A stretch of 64,000 nt of DNA from Patescibacteria group bacterium (lineage in GTDB: Bacteria; Patescibacteriota; Patescibacteriia; JAHIZJ01): the NCBI GenBank assembly GCA_028714495.1, contig JAQTMH010000005.1, forward strand, positions 32,840 through 96,839, given 5' to 3'. Made by a program: the position numbers and the translations under genes. The notes under the pieces were generated by a model. The model was given only the letters and a program-made list of their open reading frames with translations, had not been told where the DNA came from and ran no database searches. This document shows positions 58,963 through 64,000 of this stretch, in pieces (position 1 is the first letter of the stretch; each line of letters opens with the position of its first letter).

Positions 58963-61389
58963 TTAAATTAATGTCTTTTCGCCTTCCCGCCTGGTGCTTC
59001 CGGCGATTGGCAAGGTAAAGAAGAAATTGGTGCCCCTGCCTTCTTCCGATTTAAACCAGATCTTACCGCCTGAGGCTTCGACCACCGATTTCGCGACATA
59101 GAGCCCCAAGCCAGTTCCTTCGGTCTGCAGAGTAATGACATTATCAGCCCGGAAAAACTTTTTAAAGACTTTTGACTGCTGGGATTTTGGAATGCCGACG
59201 CCCGTGTCAAAAACTTCAAAAGTCAAAAACTTCGCATCCCGACTGACCCGAACTCCCAATTTGCCTCCCTCAGGCGTATACTTAACGGCATTTGAGATTA
59301 GATTCTGAAATACCTGTCGGATCAACTTTGGATCAATCTTTATTTGGGGAGTACCGCCAGATAATTTTTCAAATACCGTCTTCTGTTTTTTCTGTTTGAT
59401 TATATGAGCCAGTTCAAAAATCACGCTTTCGATCATGCCATCGATATCGGTCAGTATCGGCTCTATGGCAATTGTGCCAGATTCGATGCGCGAGACATTC
59501 AAGAGGTCGTTGACCAGAGCGATCATTCGCTCGTTGGACTTGGTAATATGATCGATATATTCAGACTGCTCCTTATTTAGCTTTCCCGCGTCACCATCCA
59601 TGAGCATCTCGAGAAACCATTTCGAGGCCGACAATGGCGTGCGCAACTGATGCGAGGCGACAGACACGAACTCTGATTTCATCTTATCAATCTCTTGTTC
59701 CTTTGTCACGTCCTTAATAACTACCACGCCACCGTGAATTTCACCGCTGGGATCTTTTAAGGGTGTCGCGGTAATAGTCACGGGTATCCCTTTTTTCTTT
59801 TTGGTTACGACGGCGAATTCCCCGGTTCCGGTAGCCACTACGTTACCGGTCTCGATCGCCTTGATAATCGGATTTACATCCTTGTTTTTATCGGTCAGCT
59901 TGATGTATTTTAGATTAATAATCGCGTCTAAATCTTTTCCAATTATTTCCGGGATCCGATAGTCAAGCAAGTCGCTGGCCGCTTCGTTGCAAGCGATAAA
60001 CTCTTTATCTTTATTCAAAGCCAATACGCCATCACCGACATTCTGTAAAATTGATTCAGATTTGTTTTTTTCATCTTCAATCGAATGTCTGGCAATTTCC
60101 AGATCCCTTACCTTTTGGCGTAATTCTTGAGTTCGTTCGGCTACCAGCGCCTCCAATTTTGTATAGTACTCGTGAAGTTTGTCCTTCATGTTGATAAAAC
60201 TATGCGTCAAGTCGCCAATCTCGTCTTCTCTTTCCGGCGGCTGGATATCGATATCCAGATTACCATGACTTAGCCGGTTAGCGTTAATCGCCAGTTCCTT
60301 CAACGGCCGAGTGATAGATTTAACCAGAAATCTTGTGATAAAGTAGATCAGCACAAACATACCCACGCCAATAATCAAAAATCTTAGACGGATTGAACCG
60401 ATGCTGCTGGTGACTTCTGATTCAGGTATGCCCCTGGCGATGCTCCCGATTACTTCATTCTCAAAATTTCTGATCGGCTGATAAGCCACTAGGTACCATT
60501 CATCGAGTTCAAACGCTCTACCGGAAAAATCTTTTTGGGTTATATAAACAGTATTAACTATTTCTTCGGAAGCCAATGTTCCAATCGCCCGCTTGTTAAT
60601 ATTCTGATATTGCTGCGTAGTGGCGGCCCGGGCATCATAGAGATACAGCGACGCGATACCCCTGCCTCGCTGGACCAAACGATCGAGTATTTCATTATTA
60701 TTATTCAAGAGAACTCCCCCAATGATCGCACCGACAACCTCACCGTCATTGATTATCACAGTGCCCGCCGCCATCACCAAACCATCATGTTCATCTTCCT
60801 GGGTTCGCCATCCTTGTTTTGACTTTTCCGTGGGTATTCTATTTATCAAAGCTTTTTTAGCCAACTCCTCAGAATGGGCTTGCATTTCTTCCTGGGTGAT
60901 TATTTCAACCGATTTGCCAGTGGTTTTATTCTTAATTACATTTTCTACATAACCCTTGAGTGATATTTTCTGTCCAACTTTAATATTTTCACTACCGACT
61001 AAGATGTTTCCTTTTGAATCTACAATATCAACAAAACTCAATCCTTGGGCTTCCTGAGTATTTTTTATTTGTTTCTTAAGAGCGACATACTCGGATAATT
61101 CCTCTAATTTTGAAATGTCTTTTTCAGCAGCTAACGTATTCACTGTTTGGACAAAATCTTGGCCTCGGGCTAATGATTCAACGTCAGTTAGAATTTGATC
61201 ATGACTCTCACTGAACACAATTGAAAATGTCTCAAGCGTGGCATTAACGCGTTCCTGTACTTCCGTTTTCAGACTGCCAGTAAAAGTCGAAATTATCATG
61301 TAAACAAAAATTGCGATTACGCAACCGGCAATCGCCACCATGTAATAGAGAAAACGCGTGTTTAAACTCGAAGAGAAAAATTTCGCCAT
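58963..61389 (-). CDS. sensor histidine kinase (TM - periplasmic sensor - TM - HAMP - PAS - HisKA - HATPase)
   Basis: H-box SHQLRTPL, N-box NLISNAVKYT and G-boxes DTGVGI and GTGLGL. Two TMs bracket a ~300-aa extracytoplasmic domain. Confidence 0.85.
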   Translation of the reverse strand: MAKFFSSSLNTRFLYYMVAIAGCVIAIFVYMIISTFTGSLKTEVQERVNATLETFSIVFSESHDQILTDVESLARGQDFVQTVNTLAAEKDISKLEELSEYVALKKQIKNTQEAQGLSFVDIVDSKGNILVGSENIKVGQKISLKGYVENVIKNKTTGKSVEIITQEEMQAHSEELAKKALINRIPTEKSKQGWRTQEDEHDGLVMAAGTVIINDGEVVGAIIGGVLLNNNNEILDRLVQRGRGIASLYLYDARAATTQQYQNINKRAIGTLASEEIVNTVYITQKDFSGRAFELDEWYLVAYQPIRNFENEVIGSIARGIPESEVTSSIGSIRLRFLIIGVGMFVLIYFITRFLVKSITRPLKELAINANRLSHGNLDIDIQPPEREDEIGDLTHSFINMKDKLHEYYTKLEALVAERTQELRQKVRDLEIARHSIEDEKNKSESILQNVGDGVLALNKDKEFIACNEAASDLLDYRIPEIIGKDLDAIINLKYIKLTDKNKDVNPIIKAIETGNVVATGTGEFAVVTKKKKGIPVTITATPLKDPSGEIHGGVVVIKDVTKEQEIDKMKSEFVSVASHQLRTPLSASKWFLEMLMDGDAGKLNKEQSEYIDHITKSNERMIALVNDLLNVSRIESGTIAIEPILTDIDGMIESVIFELAHIIKQKKQKTVFEKLSGGTPQIKIDPKLIRQVFQNLISNAVKYTPEGGKLGVRVSRDAKFLTFEVFDTGVGIPKSQQSKVFKKFFRADNVITLQTEGTGLGLYVAKSVVEASGGKIWFKSEEGRGTNFFFTLPIAGSTRREGEKTLI

Positions 61390-61396
61390 GCCAATC

Positions 61397-61555
61397 CTTT
61401 TTTATAAACCCAGTTTGGTAATAATCCGGTTTAACACGTTGGGCCGGTAATCAAATGGCTGATGTTCTCTTAATTCCGGCATAATAAAAACCCACTCGGC
61501 CGGCTGGGTGGGATATCTGACAATAAATTTTTTTGCCTGCTTTATTTTTGTTTTC
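61397..61555 (-). CDS. possible 52-aa ORF immediately upstream of the kinase gene (not in ORF track)
   Basis: Translation: MKTKIKQAKKFIVRYPTQPAEWVFIMPELREHQPFDYRPNVLNRIITKLGL. Its stop is 5 nt from the kinase start. Weak support. Confidence 0.2.
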
Positions 61556-61757
61556 ATGTTTTAATTATAGCATAGTTAATGAATTTTGTCCAGCAAAAAC
61601 AGAATAATCAAAAATTTATAAAGAATTTTGACATTGTGGATAACCTCCTCTTGACGTTCGGTTTTTGTTCGGGTAGGATATAAATATCGAGATATTCACA
61701 ACCTTGAATGAGTAATAAAGCGGTTTGTGATTGATAACAAAATGTGGAATAATTCAA

Positions 61758-62228
61758 AATTAAAAATGTAAAATTCAAAAGGAAGGAAGACGACAGGGAG
61801 AAATGAAGGGCATTTTATGGCTGTCGTCACTATTCATCAACGCACCTTAAAATTTAGTATTACTATTACTCGTTTCCTTCATAAGATTATCGCCACACCA
61901 AAATCGCACATCATCAGAAATCAGCTCATGCGATCAGGGTGTTCAATCGGCGCCAATATTGTCGAAGCGCAACATAGCGTCACCAAGAAGGAGTTTCAAC
62001 GCTTTATAAGTATCGCCTTACGTTCTGCTAGAGAGACCGAATACTGGCTGAATATATTAAAGGAGCTCGAAAACAATCATCAACCGTTTATCAACAATAT
62101 TCTCCGAGAAAATGATGAAATTTCTAAAATTATCGCAGCCATAATTCTTAAATCAAAGGATGGGACTTAAATTTTGCGTTTTGAATCCTTAATATTATAC
62201 ATTAATTTTGAATTTTACATTTTTAATT
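61758..62228. mobile_element. 471-bp unit bounded by perfect 23-bp inverted repeats (AATTAAAAATGTAAAATTCAAAA / TTTTGAATTTTACATTTTTAATT) carrying a four-helix-bundle protein gene
   Basis: IRs seen at 61758-61780 and 62206-62228. A further copy is at 49346-49368. Confidence 0.5.
61817..62170 (+). CDS. four-helix-bundle protein (TIGR02436 / 23S rRNA intervening-sequence protein family)
   Basis: HQRTLKFSI..RNQLMRSGCSIGANIVEAQ..SARETEYWL is the characteristic pattern. 117 aa. Confidence 0.75.
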   Translation: MAVVTIHQRTLKFSITITRFLHKIIATPKSHIIRNQLMRSGCSIGANIVEAQHSVTKKEFQRFISIALRSARETEYWLNILKELENNHQPFINNILRENDEISKIIAAIILKSKDGT

Positions 62229-62294
62229 CTTTAAAAGATCTACCATAATTTTGCATTTTTAATTTTAAATTTTTAATTCTTAATTGACATTCAT

Positions 62295-62951
62295 ATGGTT
62301 GAACGCCTTACTAAAAAACAAAAAGAAATTCTTGACTTTGTAATCGAGTTTATAAAGGTAAGCGGCTATTCACCGAGTTATCGGGAAATTGCCGACCATC
62401 TCGGTCTGTCCTCCCCTGCCACCATCCATGAACATATCCGAGGACTTGAAGACAAGGGCTATCTCAAGGCCCAAGAGGGCCGGGCTCGCTCGCTTGAACC
62501 AACCCGGGCAACGCGTTTCAAAAAAGCGCTTGAATTACCCCTCGCTGGTTTGATTACAGCCGGAGAGCCGATTGAGGCTGTTCAAGAAAATGAGACAATT
62601 ACCGTTCCGGCGGAAATTGTTCGCGATGAAAATTCTTATGTCCTGAAGGTTAAGGGTGAATCAATGATCGAGGATGGAATACTGGACGGCGATTATGTAA
62701 TTGTTGAACGCAATTTCTATCCGCGAAATGGCGATGTAGTCGTAGCTCTACTGGACAATACCTATGCCACGCTTAAACGTTATTACCGTGAAAGGTCGCG
62801 CATCCGCCTTCAGCCAGCCAATTCAAAGATGAAGCCGATTTATTCCAAGAATCCGGCGATTCAGGGAATTGTCCGTGCCATTTTCCGCAAGTTTGAAACT
62901 GATTGGCAGAACTATAAAACCTACACTAGAGGTTTTCAGACGGTAAAGTAG
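62295..62951 (+). CDS. lexA: LexA repressor (S24 peptidase)
   Basis: N-terminal winged HTH (SYREIADHLGLSSPATIHEHI) and the C-terminal Ser/Lys dyad region (VKGESMIEDGI..ATLKRY). Confidence 0.85.
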   Translation: MVERLTKKQKEILDFVIEFIKVSGYSPSYREIADHLGLSSPATIHEHIRGLEDKGYLKAQEGRARSLEPTRATRFKKALELPLAGLITAGEPIEAVQENETITVPAEIVRDENSYVLKVKGESMIEDGILDGDYVIVERNFYPRNGDVVVALLDNTYATLKRYYRERSRIRLQPANSKMKPIYSKNPAIQGIVRAIFRKFETDWQNYKTYTRGFQTVK

Positions 62952-62960
62952 AACAAAGGT

Positions 62961-63067
62961 AATGTAAAATTAAAAATTAAGAATTAAAAATGATGGTAAT
63001 CCGCCGCAGGCGGATACAATAATTTTAAATTTTACATTTTGTCCCCGACTTGATCGGGGATTGAATT
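62961..63067. repeat. mini inverted-repeat element (AATGTAAAATTAAAAATT .. TCCGCCgcaGGCGGA hairpin .. AATTTTAAATTTTACATT) followed by the CCCCGACTTGATCGGGG + ATTGAATT hairpin
   Basis: 18-bp IR with one mismatch. Second copy of the composite hairpin seen at 9340-9364. Ends 8 nt before the ATG of 63075. Confidence 0.45.
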
Positions 63068-63074
63068 CCGATTT

Positions 63075-63329
63075 ATGACTCACTACGAGAAGGTTAATGA
63101 ACCCATTAATGTCATTGCCTCGTTCGCGGGCAATAAAGTGATCCCGCATGCTTTTACCTGGGGACAGCATCGCTATACCATAAAAAAGCTCAACCTGGTG
63201 CACCTAGAACGGGTGGGCCGAGATCTAATTTATTATTTCTCGGTTTCGGACAAAGCCAATACCTTTAAGCTGGCTTTTAATCCGAGCGAGCTCAAATGGC
63301 GTTTGGAGGAATTGTACACGGAGGGGTAA
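63075..63329 (+). CDS. hypothetical 84-aa protein downstream of lexA
   Basis: ORF only, no recognisable motif. Confidence 0.35.
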   Translation: MTHYEKVNEPINVIASFAGNKVIPHAFTWGQHRYTIKKLNLVHLERVGRDLIYYFSVSDKANTFKLAFNPSELKWRLEELYTEG

Positions 63330-63384
63330 ATATGCTATAAAAAAACCCGATCCCTTTGTCTGGGTTCGGGCCCAATGAGCATTG

Positions 63385-63942
63385 TTATTGAATCTGATTA
63401 GCTTCCCCTTCCTCCCACCGGTAGATCTGCCAGTAACTCTCGGCCGTGTTGGGTGGCCGTCGACTCCGGACATAGAGAGTAACGACCTTGAAAAGAATGG
63501 CTCGGGTTAGCTGACCGCTTCCGGTTCGAACGCCATCAACTGTTTTGGGTTCGGGATAGTAAGAAACCTCTGTCTTGCACATCAGGCCATCAATCCGCCA
63601 GCCGTCAGCGATTGCGACCACGGTGGATGAATCGCTCCGCCACATTCGAAAATCAAACCCAGCAAACTTCGGTCCGCCCACCATGGCTTCAAGGAGAATC
63701 TTTCGAGTGGTTTCCAGCCAATCGGTTCGGCTGTTTGAAGGAGGATTTGGACCAGGCCCGGTATACAGCTGCACGAAATCCGGAGCAAGTAGGTCTTCAA
63801 GCTCCCCTATGCCGTTCCCATTCATCGCCTGATTGAGGCAGTCGATAACTACCTGGGCTGAATCTCCGTAACACTCTGCCCAGCCCGTGCTTGGAAAGAG
63901 CAGAGTCGTAAGTGCTGCTGAAAGAACCAACCACCTTTTCAT
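63385..63942 (-). CDS. secreted hypothetical protein (signal peptide; GC about 52%)
   Basis: Start placed at MKRWLVLSAALTTLLFPSTGWA, with SD GGGAGGAT upstream. GC elevated over the background. Confidence 0.4.
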   Translation of the reverse strand: MKRWLVLSAALTTLLFPSTGWAECYGDSAQVVIDCLNQAMNGNGIGELEDLLAPDFVQLYTGPGPNPPSNSRTDWLETTRKILLEAMVGGPKFAGFDFRMWRSDSSTVVAIADGWRIDGLMCKTEVSYYPEPKTVDGVRTGSGQLTRAILFKVVTLYVRSRRPPNTAESYWQIYRWEEGEANQIQ

Positions 63943-64000
63943 TGAATCCTCCCGTTTTTCTTCTTTTTCCCACTCCCTCACTAAGGACACGTTCGCCACA

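Noticed and set aside
1-64000. tRNA, rRNA and tmRNA genes
   Set aside because: A scan for T-loop (GTTCRANYC), acceptor/CCA and rRNA signatures found nothing convincing. GGTTCGAAC-like strings at 58021 and 63525 lie inside coding context without cloverleaf partners.

Overview
This 64 kb window is chromosomal DNA of roughly 40% GC that looks like a Patescibacteria (CPR)-type genome. The coding is dense, and I found no rRNA or tRNA genes and no CRISPR array. Two features support the CPR reading: a type-III RuBisCO AMP-salvage operon and a ProRS with a zinc ribbon in place of its editing domain.

The window reads in blocks:
- **1-10.7 kb:** housekeeping genes on the + strand (rseP', proS, mreB-mreC-mreD-mrdA, greA, lysS, an HD protein, serS).
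- **10.8-14.8 kb:** an accessory stretch carrying four copies of a structured, GC-hairpin repeat of about 65 nt that resembles integron attC sites. Each copy sits just upstream of a small unrelated gene: a P-loop kinase, a stand-alone RelA/SpoT-type HD (p)ppGpp hydrolase, a cysteine-rich 49-aa peptide missing from the ORF track, small membrane proteins and a GC-rich hypothetical.
- **15-29.8 kb:** the cell-wall and division genes alr, ddl, ftsQ and an M23 peptidase. Then gltX, tagA-like, thpR, a three-gene AmmeMemoRadiSam system split by a secreted repeat protein, and priA-def-fmt.
- **29.8-39.2 kb:** a GT2 synthase, a MacB-type ABC pair, flavodoxin, and clpB with a near-perfect CIRCE operator followed by a small GC-rich hypothetical ORF. 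Then a D-alanyl-D-alanine carboxypeptidase.
- **39.3-54.2 kb:** a surface-glycan locus with three GT4 enzymes, two paralogous TIM-barrel-like proteins (one with FG-GAP repeats), an O-antigen ligase and a Wzz protein. It contains two high-GC (about 56-58%) foreign insertions. One is a xenologous paralog of a resident gene. The other is a 3.4 kb island of three secreted proteins, including a LysM protein with an outer-membrane-type beta-barrel tail.
- **54.5-61.4 kb:** a minus-strand operon of sensor kinase, two orphan receivers, ribose-1,5-bisphosphate isomerase, RuBisCO and AMP phosphorylase.
- **61.4-64 kb:** a four-helix-bundle gene bracketed by perfect 23-bp inverted repeats. That AT-rich 23-mer has at least four copies in the window. 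Then lexA and further small repeat-plus-hairpin elements.
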